DNA of 24,000 nucleotides. Origin: Epidermidibacterium keratini. Lineage in GTDB: Bacteria > Actinomycetota > Actinomycetes > Mycobacteriales > Antricoccaceae. The position numbers and the translations under genes are program-made. How positions within the stretch are numbered: position 1 is the stretch's first letter; each line of letters opens with the position of its first letter. The stretch is taken from positions 2,850,067 to 2,874,066 of the forward strand of contig NZ_CP047156.1 in the NCBI RefSeq assembly GCF_009834025.1, in the 5' to 3' direction. The notes under the pieces were generated by a model, which did no database searches, was not told the origin of the DNA, and worked only from the letters and a program-made list of their open reading frames with translations. Shown one piece after another: positions 1 to 7,788 of this stretch.

Positions 1-612
1 GTGCCCGAGCCTCGCCACTACTTCTCGCCCGACCCCGGCGTGGCCAGCGACCCGCGCGAGGTCGACGTACTGCTTGATGATGTGACGCTTACGTTGACCA
101 GCGACGCCGGGGTGTTTTCGCACGGCAAGCTGGACCGGGCGACGCGCATCCTGCTGGAGACCGCGCCGCCGCCTCCGCCGTTGGGGACGTTGCTCGACCT
201 CGGCAGTGGCTATGGGCCGATCGCGCTCACGCTCGCGTCCCGGTCGCCCAACGCGCGGGTGGTGGCGGTCGACGTCAACGAGCGGGCCGTGGAGTTGACA
301 CGGGCCAACGCCGAGCGCAACGGGCTTGCCAACGTGACCGCTTTAAGCCCCGGCGATGCTGATGACATCGCTGATATTGCCGCGATCTACTCCAACCCGC
401 CGATCAGGATCGGCAAGCGGGCGCTGCACGAGCTGTTGCAGCAGTGGCTGCCTCGGCTGGCGCCTGGGGGAGCGGCGTATCTCGTGGTCGGCAAGAACCT
501 CGGCGCTGACTCGCTCGCGTCGTGGCTTCGCGAGCAGGGGTACGACGTACTCCGGCTCGCCTCGCGAGGAAGCTTCCGGGTGCTAGAGGTACGCCGAACG
601 GAGAGCGCATGA
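1..612 (+). CDS. Class I SAM-dependent methyltransferase, small-domain (MTS / RsmC-RsmD-like) type; may be slightly 5'-truncated by the window edge
   Basis: The ORF starts with GTG at nt 1 and stops with TGA at 610-612. The translation has SAM-binding motif I LLDLGSGYGPIAL, an acidic loop VVAVDVNERAV and YSNPPIRIG (NPPx motif of N-methylating MTases). The N-terminus HYFSPDPGVASDPREV is typical of this family, so the true start is at or near the window edge. Confidence 0.75.
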   Translation: MPEPRHYFSPDPGVASDPREVDVLLDDVTLTLTSDAGVFSHGKLDRATRILLETAPPPPPLGTLLDLGSGYGPIALTLASRSPNARVVAVDVNERAVELTRANAERNGLANVTALSPGDADDIADIAAIYSNPPIRIGKRALHELLQQWLPRLAPGGAAYLVVGKNLGADSLASWLREQGYDVLRLASRGSFRVLEVRRTESA

Positions 613-1163
613 GCCAGTTACGCGGGACCGAGCTGAAACGGCTGCATCGCGGGTGGAAGCGCTCCGACCCGCCGTCGCTGGCGTTGATCTTGGAGTCGGT
701 CGCATCGCCATGGAACGTCGGCGCGCTGGTGCGGACCGCAGCGGCTCTCGGCGTCGATCAGCTCTATCTAGTTGGCGACACGGCGTCGCCGCGCTCGCCG
801 AAGACGCAGAAGACCGCGCTCGGCACCGACCGCTACCTACGCTGGAGCGAGTACGCCGACGGCCCGGCCGCGATCGCTGCGGCGCAGGCCGATGGCTACT
901 TCGTCGTGGCCGTCGAGCTCGCCAGCGAGGCGGTGCCGATGCATCTGCTGGAGCTGGACCGGCCGGTCGCGTTGCTGCTCGGGCATGAGGACCGCGGCGT
1001 GACGGCAGCGTCACTGGAGGCCGCCGACGCGGTCGGGTTCTTGCCGCAGGTGGGCAAGGTCGGCTCGCTCAACGTCGCGACCGCCGCCTCGATCGCGATG
1101 TACGAGGCGCGCCGCCAGCACTGGGCCGCCCTGCCTGAGCCTCCCAGTCCCGCTGGTTCCTGA
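609..1163 (+). CDS. TrmH/SpoU family RNA 2'-O-methyltransferase (SPOUT)
   Basis: ATG at 609 overlaps the upstream stop (ATGA, 609-612). The translation shows SPOUT motifs: SPWNVGALVRTAAALGVDQLYLVG, ALLLGHEDRGV and PQVGKVGSLNVATAASIAMYE. The longer ORF from 522 is an upstream extension overlapping the previous gene. Confidence 0.8.
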   Translation: MSQLRGTELKRLHRGWKRSDPPSLALILESVASPWNVGALVRTAAALGVDQLYLVGDTASPRSPKTQKTALGTDRYLRWSEYADGPAAIAAAQADGYFVVAVELASEAVPMHLLELDRPVALLLGHEDRGVTAASLEAADAVGFLPQVGKVGSLNVATAASIAMYEARRQHWAALPEPPSPAGS

Positions 1164-1164
1164 G

Positions 1165-1761
1165 ATGCCCACACCCGAGGACATCACGCAGCACCACGAT
1201 GAGCCCGCGGTAGATCCTTGGGTCGGAGCGCCGCCGGTGGCTGAACCCATCGTGATCACTGAGTACGACGCGCGGTGGCCCGCGACGTTCGAGGCGGTTG
1301 AGGCCCGCATCCGAAATGCTCTTGGCAGTAAGGCTTTGCAAATCGAGCATGTCGGCTCGACGTCTGTGCCCGGGCTGGCTGCTAAGCCGGTCATCGACGT
1401 CGACGTGGTTGTCGCGGACTCGGCCCATGAGGCGGCGTACGTCCCGGCGCTCGAAGACTTCGGCTTTGCGCTACGGGTACGCGAGCCACAGTGGCACGAG
1501 CACCGCATGTTGCGCGGCGAAGATCCGCCGGTGAACCTGCACGTTTTTTCACCGGACTGTCCAGAGGTCATCCGCCATGTGATGTTTCGCGATTGGCTGC
1601 GCGAGCACCCTGACGACCGGGCGTCGTACGCCGAGATCAAGCGTGCGGCGGCTGCGGAGACCACAAGCGCAGGTGGCGTCGTGATGGACTACAACCGCCG
1701 CAAAGAGGCGGTCGTGCGCGAGATCTATGACCGGATGTTCACCGCTCACGGCCTGCGGTGA
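1165..1761 (+). CDS. GrpB (UPF0157) family protein
   Basis: ATG at 1165 lies one nt after the upstream TGA. Family-typical strings are IEHVGSTSVPGLAAKPVIDVDVVV, HEHRMLR, NLHVFSPDCPEVIRHVMFRDWLREHPDDRASYAEIKR. Confidence 0.8.
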   Translation: MPTPEDITQHHDEPAVDPWVGAPPVAEPIVITEYDARWPATFEAVEARIRNALGSKALQIEHVGSTSVPGLAAKPVIDVDVVVADSAHEAAYVPALEDFGFALRVREPQWHEHRMLRGEDPPVNLHVFSPDCPEVIRHVMFRDWLREHPDDRASYAEIKRAAAAETTSAGGVVMDYNRRKEAVVREIYDRMFTAHGLR

Positions 1762-1781
1762 CGCTAGGTGACCCGAGAGGC

Positions 1782-2822
1782 TTACTCGCGGCCGGCGGAG
1801 ATCCAGTCGTCGCTGACGAAGGTCAGGTTGCGCGTGCCGGCGACCTGGTCGGCGACCGCGTCGAGCCGCGCGAGCTGGTCGTCACTGAGCACAAGTGCTG
1901 CGGCACCGGCATTCTCAGTGACCCGTTGCGGGCTGCGCGTGCCGGGAATCGGCACGACCGGCAGTCCCAGTCGGCGGCCCTGAGCGAGCAGCCAGGACAG
2001 CGCAACCTGCGCCGCCGTCGCGTCGCGCTCGGAGGCGACCTGCTCAATGACCGCGACCGCGCGCATGTTGACGTCATAGTTCTCGCCGTCGAAGCGCTCC
2101 TGGCCGGCGCGCACGTCGCTCGCGATCTGCTCGCGGGTCAGCTTGCCGGTCAAAAACCCACGCCCGAGCGGGGAGTAGGGCACGAATCCCACGCCCAGCT
2201 CCACGCACGTCGGCACGACGTTGCGCTCGACATCACGCGACCACAGCGACCACTCGCTTTGCACGGCGGCGATGGGGTGTACGCCGTGCGCCGCCCGCAG
2301 CTCAGGTCCGGTCACCTCGCTGAGTCCGAGATGGCGCACCTTGCCTTCGTCGACCAGCTCAGCCATCGCGCCGACGGTCTCCTCGATCGGTATGTCGAGA
2401 TCGCGGCGGTGCATGTAGTAGAGATCGATCACGTCGGTGCCCAGGCGTCGCAGCGACGCCTCGCACGCCGAGCGCACGTAGTCGCGGTCTCCCTGAGTCG
2501 TCTTTGCGTCTAGCTGCTCGCCGCCGAGCCGGCCGGTGATGCCGAACTTCGTCGCGAGCTGTATGTCGTCACGCCGCGTTGCCAGCAGCCCCGCGAGCAG
2601 CTCCTCGTTGGTGCCCGCCGGGCCGTCGGTGCCGGGCCGCGGCTGCCCGTAGACGTCGGCCGTATCGATGAAGCTCACGCCCACATCAAGGCAGTGCTCC
2701 AGCGTGCGCGGCGCCTGCTCGGGGTCGGTCTCTCCGTACACGTGGCTCAGCGCCATCGCGCCGAAACCGATCGCGCTCACCTCAAAACCAGGGACCAGCT
2801 CGGTCCGCGACATCTCACTCAT
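1782..2822 (-). CDS. Aldo/keto reductase (NADP-dependent oxidoreductase)
   Basis: 346-aa ORF with AKR signatures: GFGAMALS, FIDTADVYG, LATKFG, IDLYYMHRRD, HLGLSEV, VQSEWSLWSR, PYSPLGRGFLTGK, VPIPGTRSPQRVTEN. Its ATG (2822-2820) overlaps the MerR stop by 8 nt (ATGAGTGA). Confidence 0.9.
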   Translation of the reverse strand: MSEMSRTELVPGFEVSAIGFGAMALSHVYGETDPEQAPRTLEHCLDVGVSFIDTADVYGQPRPGTDGPAGTNEELLAGLLATRRDDIQLATKFGITGRLGGEQLDAKTTQGDRDYVRSACEASLRRLGTDVIDLYYMHRRDLDIPIEETVGAMAELVDEGKVRHLGLSEVTGPELRAAHGVHPIAAVQSEWSLWSRDVERNVVPTCVELGVGFVPYSPLGRGFLTGKLTREQIASDVRAGQERFDGENYDVNMRAVAVIEQVASERDATAAQVALSWLLAQGRRLGLPVVPIPGTRSPQRVTENAGAAALVLSDDQLARLDAVADQVAGTRNLTFVSDDWISAGRE

Positions 2823-3273
2823 TGTCGTCTTCCTCCATGCTCAGCCGGCGTTGCAGCCGGGCGGTCGCCTCGTCGACAGGGGCACCTTCGCAGTCCAGTC
2901 CGTCGTCGATCAGGCTTCGGTAGTGGGCGATCTTCGCCTCGATGGCATCCAGGTCGGCGAGCATCTCGCGCAGCCGCACGAGCACCTCCTCGCGGTGCTC
3001 GGTCAGCAGCGTCATGCGCTGCCCGTGGCTTACCGCGCCCTCGGCGACGAGCCGCACGAACTCGCGCATCGCCTTCACCGGCATGCCGGTACGGCGCAGC
3101 TTGACCAGCAACTCGACCATCCGGACGGATCGTTCGTCGTACACTCGGCGTCCTGCGCCGTCGCGGGGTACGGCGGGGATCAACCCCTCGGCCTCGTACC
3201 ACCGCAGCGTGTCTTTGCTCAGTCCGGTCTCGCGGGCCAGGTCGGCGATGCGAAGCGTTTCGGTGTCGTCCAT
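2815..3273 (-). CDS. MerR family transcriptional regulator
   Basis: N-terminal MerR HTH: LRIADLARETGLSKDTLRWYEAEGLIPAVPRDGAGRRVYDERSVRMVELLVKLRRTGMPVKAMREF. I chose the ATG at 3273 (MDDTETLRIADL) over the TTG at 3306, because the TTG lies inside the operator palindrome and the HTH normally starts within about 10 aa of the N-terminus. Confidence 0.85.
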   Translation of the reverse strand: MDDTETLRIADLARETGLSKDTLRWYEAEGLIPAVPRDGAGRRVYDERSVRMVELLVKLRRTGMPVKAMREFVRLVAEGAVSHGQRMTLLTEHREEVLVRLREMLADLDAIEAKIAHYRSLIDDGLDCEGAPVDEATARLQRRLSMEEDDNE

Positions 3274-3280
3274 GCGCTCA

Positions 3281-3311
3281 ACGCTAGGACTTGGAGTGCA
3301 CTCCAACGCAA
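3281..3311 (-). promoter_or_regulatory. Candidate MerR-type promoter/operator: TTGCGT - 19 nt spacer with perfect 16-bp palindrome TTGGAGTGCACTCCAA - TAGCGT, 7 nt before the ATG
   Basis: Read on the minus strand, TTGCGT is at 3311-3306, the spacer at 3305-3287 and TAGCGT at 3286-3281. The palindrome (3291-3306) is perfect on inspection. The sequence between the -10-like box and the ATG is 7 nt (tgagcgc) with no SD. Confidence 0.5.
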
Positions 3312-3339
3312 ATCAGCGCAGGTGCGATCTAGGCCACAC

Positions 3340-4893
3340 TCAGTTCCAGGTGGTCAGCCACATGCGCAACGCACGCTCGGCTTCGGTCAGCGGCGTGCCG
3401 TTGAGCACCGGCAGGAAGAAGCCGAACAGCACGATCACCAGCGCAAGGTAGATCGCCACGGCTCCGGCGCCGATCTGGCGTCGCTCGCGGGAGTCGCTCG
3501 GCTTGCCGAGCACGTCTTGCAGCGCAAGGCAGACCGCGATGATGAAGAACGGCACGACCGGCGCCATGTAGAACATGAACATCGTGCGCTCGGTGTCGAT
3601 GAACCACACGACCCACCCGGCGACGATGCCCGCGATCGCAGCGCCGGCCACCCAGTCGCGCCGGCTCAGTAGCCGCCAGATCGCCCACAGCAGCGCCGGA
3701 GCAAACGCCCACCACAGCGCCGGAGTGCCGATCATCGTGATCGTGCGGGTGAGGTTCTGACCGGCCTCGACGTACTGGTCGTTGACCATCAGCACCGGGC
3801 GCCCGCCGACGATCCACGACCAGGGGTGGGAGTCCCACGGGTGCGGGCTGGTCAGCGTCGTGTGGAAGCCCCACCACTCGACGTGCATGTGCCACAGCGC
3901 GCGGATCGCCTCGGGAATCCACGGCCACGCGGTGTCCCGGCCTTCGGCCCAGTGCCGTCCTTGCGCGGTTTCCCCGGCGTACCAGCCAATCCAGCTCACC
4001 AGGTAGGTCAGGATCGGGACGATGCCCAGGTCCCAGAACGCGGTCGGCAGCGAGCGGCGCAAGGCCACGAGGTACGGCGCCCGCAGTCCGACCAGGCGAT
4101 AGGCACCGACGTCCCACCACACGCACAGGATTGCAAATATGGCCAGGAAGTAGAGCCCGCTCCACTTGACCGAGCAGGCAAGCCCGAACGTGATGCCGGC
4201 GGCCAGGCGCCACCATCGAAATCCCAGACGCGGACCCCAGCGACCCCAGTGCTCGGAGCCGGCCGAGTACGCCGCCGCGAGGCGGGCGCGGAACTGGTCG
4301 CGGTCCAGCACCAGGAAGACGAAGCCGAGCAGCACCCAGAACTGCAGGTAGATGTCCAAGATCCCGGTGCGGCTGAGGGCAAACGAGAACCCATCGGCGG
4401 CAAGCAGGATCCCGGCGGCGAGTCCGATAAAGCTGGAGCGGGTGAGGCGGCGTACGACGAACATCAGCAGCAGGATCGCGCCGACCCCCATCGTGACGCC
4501 GGCGATCCGCCAGCCAAACGGCGTGTAGCCAAACAGCCACTCGCCGATCGCCAGGTTCCACTTGCCGAACGGCGGGTGGACGATGAAGTAGTAGGCGCGG
4601 TTTTCCTCGAAGCCGTAGCGCAGCATCTGCTCGGCCTCGGGCACGTAGTAGGCCTCATCGAAGACCAGCCGATCCGGCCAGCTTAGGTTGAGCATCCGCA
4701 CCAGGGCGGCGGCGCCGGCGATCAACACCGCGAACGCCCACATCAGCATGCTGTCGCGCGGCATCGGCGGGTTGAGGCGACGTACGACGGCTTCGCGTCG
4801 ACGCTGCTCCGCCTCGAGGACCGCATCGTCGGCGGGCTCGACCTCGGCGGGCTCGTCGCGCAAGGTGACTGCCGTGTCGTCCTTTACCGTCAC
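3340..4893 (-). CDS. pmt: Dolichyl/polyprenyl-phosphate-mannose protein O-mannosyltransferase (PMT/GT39 family)
   Basis: Multi-pass membrane protein with the loop-1 acidic motif LVFDEAYYVPEAEQMLRYGFE, then HPPFGKW, and a C-terminal region WDSHPWSWIVGGRPV typical of bacterial Pmt. It is divergent from rsmI, as in mycobacteria. Start chosen is GTG 4893 (preceded by GGGGGAAG); the ORF extension to 5205 runs across the rsmI 5' end and is Arg/Pro-rich junk. The start is uncertain by tens of codons. Confidence 0.85.
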   Translation of the reverse strand: MTVKDDTAVTLRDEPAEVEPADDAVLEAEQRRREAVVRRLNPPMPRDSMLMWAFAVLIAGAAALVRMLNLSWPDRLVFDEAYYVPEAEQMLRYGFEENRAYYFIVHPPFGKWNLAIGEWLFGYTPFGWRIAGVTMGVGAILLLMFVVRRLTRSSFIGLAAGILLAADGFSFALSRTGILDIYLQFWVLLGFVFLVLDRDQFRARLAAAYSAGSEHWGRWGPRLGFRWWRLAAGITFGLACSVKWSGLYFLAIFAILCVWWDVGAYRLVGLRAPYLVALRRSLPTAFWDLGIVPILTYLVSWIGWYAGETAQGRHWAEGRDTAWPWIPEAIRALWHMHVEWWGFHTTLTSPHPWDSHPWSWIVGGRPVLMVNDQYVEAGQNLTRTITMIGTPALWWAFAPALLWAIWRLLSRRDWVAGAAIAGIVAGWVVWFIDTERTMFMFYMAPVVPFFIIAVCLALQDVLGKPSDSRERRQIGAGAVAIYLALVIVLFGFFLPVLNGTPLTEAERALRMWLTTWN

Positions 4894-4956
4894 ACTTCCC
4901 CCGTGCGCGCATGGCAGGTGGTCGGGCAGGTCATTGCTCGATCGTAGGCTGAGGCG

Positions 4957-5850
4957 GTGAGCGAGCGAGAACGTGACCAGGAGATCGGCGCGGCGGGTGC
5001 GACGAGTGCGCCGTGGCCGGTGCCCGCGGGGACGCTGGTGCTGGCCGGTACGCCGCTGGGCAACCCCGGCGATGCGACCGACCGGCTGCGCTCCGCAATC
5101 GCTGACGCCGACGTGATCGCCGCGGAGGACACCCGGCGCCTCGGTCGGCTCGCCCGCGACCTCGGCGTGCGCTACGAAGGCCGCATCGTGTCCTACTACG
5201 AGCAAAACGAGGCCGACCGCACCCCCGAGCTGGTTGCTGCCCTGCGCGGCGGTTCCTCGGTGCTGCTGGTGACCGACGCCGGCATGCCGTCGGTGTCCGA
5301 CCCCGGATATCGCCTGGTCACCGCCGCGATCGAGGCGGGCGTGCCGGTGACCTGCCTGCCCGGACCGTCGGCGGTGACCGTCGCGTTAGCGCTCAGCGGG
5401 CTGCCCAGCGACCGGTTCTGCTTCGAGGGGTTCCTCGCGCGCAAACCGGGGGAGCGAGCCCGTCAGCTCGCCGAGCTCGCCACCGAACGCCGCACGATGG
5501 TCTTCTTCGAGGCGCCGCACCGGATCGCCGCGATGCTGGCCGCCGCCAGCGACGCCTTCGGCCCCGAGCGGCAAGCTGCGGTGTGCCGCGAGCTCACCAA
5601 GACCTATGAGGAGGTACGCCGCGGGACGCTTGACGAATTGCGCGAGTGGGCCGAGGGGGAGGTGCGCGGCGAGCTGACGATCGTGGTCGAAGGTGCCGCT
5701 CGGGTCGCGACCGCGTACTCCGATGACGAGCTGCGCGCCCTCGTGCAGGCCGAGGTCGACCGCGGCGCGCGCAAGTCCGATGCCGTGCGGCTGGTTGCCA
5801 CGACCACCGACCAGCCGCGCCGCCGGGTCTACGACGCCTATCACCGCTGA
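4957..5850 (+). CDS. rsmI: 16S rRNA (cytidine1402-2'-O)-methyltransferase
   Basis: Tetrapyrrole-methylase-fold RsmI strings: LVLAGTPLGNPGDATDRLRSAIADADVIAAEDTRR, LLVTDAGMPSVSDPGYRLV, VTCLPGPSAV, MVFFEAPHRI, CRELTKTYEEVRRGTL. The start (GTG 4957 versus in-frame GTG 5020) is uncertain. Confidence 0.9.
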   Translation: MSERERDQEIGAAGATSAPWPVPAGTLVLAGTPLGNPGDATDRLRSAIADADVIAAEDTRRLGRLARDLGVRYEGRIVSYYEQNEADRTPELVAALRGGSSVLLVTDAGMPSVSDPGYRLVTAAIEAGVPVTCLPGPSAVTVALALSGLPSDRFCFEGFLARKPGERARQLAELATERRTMVFFEAPHRIAAMLAAASDAFGPERQAAVCRELTKTYEEVRRGTLDELREWAEGEVRGELTIVVEGAARVATAYSDDELRALVQAEVDRGARKSDAVRLVATTTDQPRRRVYDAYHR

Positions 5851-7193
5851 GTCGGGATCCGCGTCGCGACGATGATGCCGATCGCGATGATCGCGCTGAT
5901 CCCGGCAAAGCCGACCGCGGCGGGGCTCTGAGTGCTCGCGGTCAGGCTGACGAGTACGGCGAGCCCGATCGCGCCGCCGAGCTGCTGACCGGTGGTCGCG
6001 ATCCCGCCGACCGTGCCTTGCTCGTCATCGGCCGCGCCGGTCGATGCGGTCGCAAACATCGCGGTGAAGGTGATGCCCTGTCCGACGCTGAAGACGAACG
6101 CCAGCGCCAGCAATGCGATCCAGCCGATCGAGTCGGTCAGCGTGAGCGCGAGGACGAGGGTCCCGACGAGCCCGATGCCCTGACCGACGAGCATCGCGCG
6201 GCGCAGGCTCGATGTCGCAAGGCGGCCGCCGACCTGGGTGCCGATCAACACCGCCACGCACGGGACGACAAACGCAAGTCCCGTCTGCATCGCGCTGAGC
6301 CCGCGCACGTTTTGCAGATAGAGCGTCAGGAAGTAGGCGCTGGCCCCGAACCCGGCCATGAACAAGAAGGTCGAGGCGGTGCCGGTGGCCAGGTAGCGGT
6401 TGGTGAACCGGCGCAGGTCAAAGATCGGGTGGGCGGTTCGCCGCTCGACCGCGAGCAGCACGACGACAGCGACGACGAAGGCAGCAAGCGTGCCGATGGT
6501 CGCGGCGCTCGCCCAACCGTCCTGCGCGGCGAGGGTCAGGCCCAGGACGGCGAGTACGGCGCTCGCCGTTGTCAGCACCGCGCCCGGCAGGTCGAGGCGC
6601 TGCGGGGCCGGCCGCGGGTCGCGTGGGATGGAGGCCACTGCGAGCGCGATGACAACGGCGGCGAGCGGCAGGTTGACCAGGAAGACCGCGCGCCAGCCCC
6701 ATACGTCGGCGAGGACGCCGCCGAGGATCGAGCCGAGCACCATGCCGGACGAGCCGGCGGCACCCCAAATCCCGAGCGCGCGGTTGCGCTCGCGGCCTTC
6801 GGCAAAGGTCGCGCCGATCAGTGCCAGCGTCGCCGGGGCGAGCGTGGCGCCGCCGAGCCCCTAGATCGCGCGGCCACCGATGAGCATCGCTTCGTTGGCC
6901 GCGAGCCCGCCGATCACCGACCCGACGGCGTACAACGATGCTCCGGTCAGGAACATCCGGCGGCGACCCAGGTAGTCGACGAGCCGCCCGCCCAGCAGCA
7001 GGAAACCGCCGAAGCCGATCGCGTAGCTGCTGATCACCCACTGCAGCGCCGCGTCGCTAAAGCCGAGCTGCTGAATCTGCGGAAGGGCGACAAACACGAT
7101 GTTGTAGTCGATGCCGATCAGCATCTGGGCTAGGGCCACAGAGGCGAGCAGTACGCCGGTGTGCCGCACTGCAGCCGCGTGGGTGGTAGGCAT
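5841..7193 (-). pseudogene. MFS (DHA-type drug/proton antiporter-like) transporter interrupted by one in-frame TAG at 6863-6861
   Basis: ORFs 6861..7193 and 5841..6743 are in the same frame (1353 nt = 451 codons). Reading through the stop gives ...LIGGRAI*GLGGATLAPATLALIGATFAEGRERNRALGIWGAAGSSGMVLG.... The stop sits where MFS efflux pumps normally carry Q in the R-x-x-Q-G-x-G-x-A motif (CAG to TAG is one transition). The RBS (GGAGATGG) and ATG 7193 are intact. Confidence 0.7.
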
Positions 7194-7209
7194 CAGCCAT
7201 CTCCAAGTA

Positions 7210-7253
7210 GTCCGAGTTTGAATATTACAAGTTCGGACAATAACAAGTCGGAG
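7210..7253. promoter_or_regulatory. Candidate MarR operator(s) in the MFS/MarR divergent intergenic region
   Basis: This is an AT-rich island in a GC-rich genome. It holds an imperfect inverted repeat GTCCGAGTTTG-aatatta-CAAGTTCGGAC (7210-7238, 9/11 matches) plus a third half-site ACAAGTCGGAG (7243-7253). Confidence 0.4.
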
Positions 7254-7275
7254 TATCTGTGGCTAGACTTGGGGC

Positions 7276-7734
7276 GTGGTGAAGTCTGAGGAATCTGCCG
7301 TCGACCTGGTGAGCCAGCAGGAGCTGTGCGGGCTGTTGGCGCGGCTTAACCAGCGCCTGGATCACCATGTGCGGCGGGTGGGAGAGCAGCTCGGAATTAC
7401 CAGCTCTCAGGTGGTCGCGTTGCGCGAGCTGTCCGAGCCGATGAAGCTCACCGAGCTGGCGACGCGGATGGCTTGTGAGACCTCCAACGCCGGCTATGTC
7501 GTCGACCGGATGACCGAGCAGGACCTCGTGACGCGTACGCCGCATCCGTCGGATCGGCGTGCGAAGATCCTCACCCTCACCAAAGCGGGGCAGCAGTGCC
7601 GAGCCAACGTGCTGGCCGCTCTGCAGCAGAACTCGCCGACCGCGGTGCTCAGCGCGAGCGACGCCGCGCAGCTGCGCGACCTGCTCGGCCGTGCAGTCGA
7701 CTCCGAGGCAGCAATCGGCTCCGCGAACGAATAG
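7276..7734 (+). CDS. MarR family transcriptional regulator
   Basis: Winged-helix MarR core: LGITSSQVVALRELSEPMKLTELATRMACETSNAGYVVDRMTEQDLVTRTPHPSDRRAKILTLTKAG. It is divergent from the MFS gene. Confidence 0.85.
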   Translation: MVKSEESAVDLVSQQELCGLLARLNQRLDHHVRRVGEQLGITSSQVVALRELSEPMKLTELATRMACETSNAGYVVDRMTEQDLVTRTPHPSDRRAKILTLTKAGQQCRANVLAALQQNSPTAVLSASDAAQLRDLLGRAVDSEAAIGSANE

Positions 7735-7770
7735 GAGCGAAAGTCGTTGTGCTCAACGACTTTCGCTCCT
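7733..7770. terminator. Bidirectional stem-loop terminator candidate between convergent MarR and symporter genes
   Basis: Perfect 17-bp stem AGGAGCGAAAGTCGTTG / CAACGACTTTCGCTCCT with the 4-nt loop TGCT. It starts within the MarR stop codon and ends 18 nt before the symporter stop. There is no strong U-tract on either side. Confidence 0.65.
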
Positions 7771-7788
7771 ATCTAAGCGATGTGTGCC

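Noticed and set aside
2668-3672. 334-aa plus-strand ORF spanning the AKR 5' end, the MerR gene and the pmt 3' end
   Set aside because: It crosses three well-supported genes on the other strand and has no motifs, so it is an antisense artefact. The same reasoning applies to 3329..4561(-), 3826..4686(+), 9553..10644(+), 11397..12293(-), 12339..13292(+), 13240..14037(-), 14499..15323(+), 1758..2513(+) and 1011..1664(-).
4894-5205. N-terminal extension of the pmt ORF to 5205 (621 aa)
   Set aside because: The extension overlaps the rsmI coding region on the opposite strand and is Arg-rich and non-membrane. PMT homology begins after GTG 4893, which has a G-rich RBS. In-frame upstream extensions were likewise trimmed for TrmH (522), bioF (11258), tatD (16835), rsmA (20525), ispE (21467) and MerR (3306).
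6018-7133. 371-aa plus-strand ORF opposite the MFS gene
   Set aside because: It is an Arg/Asp/Gly-rich antisense artefact. The minus-strand frame is a clear polytopic MFS protein.
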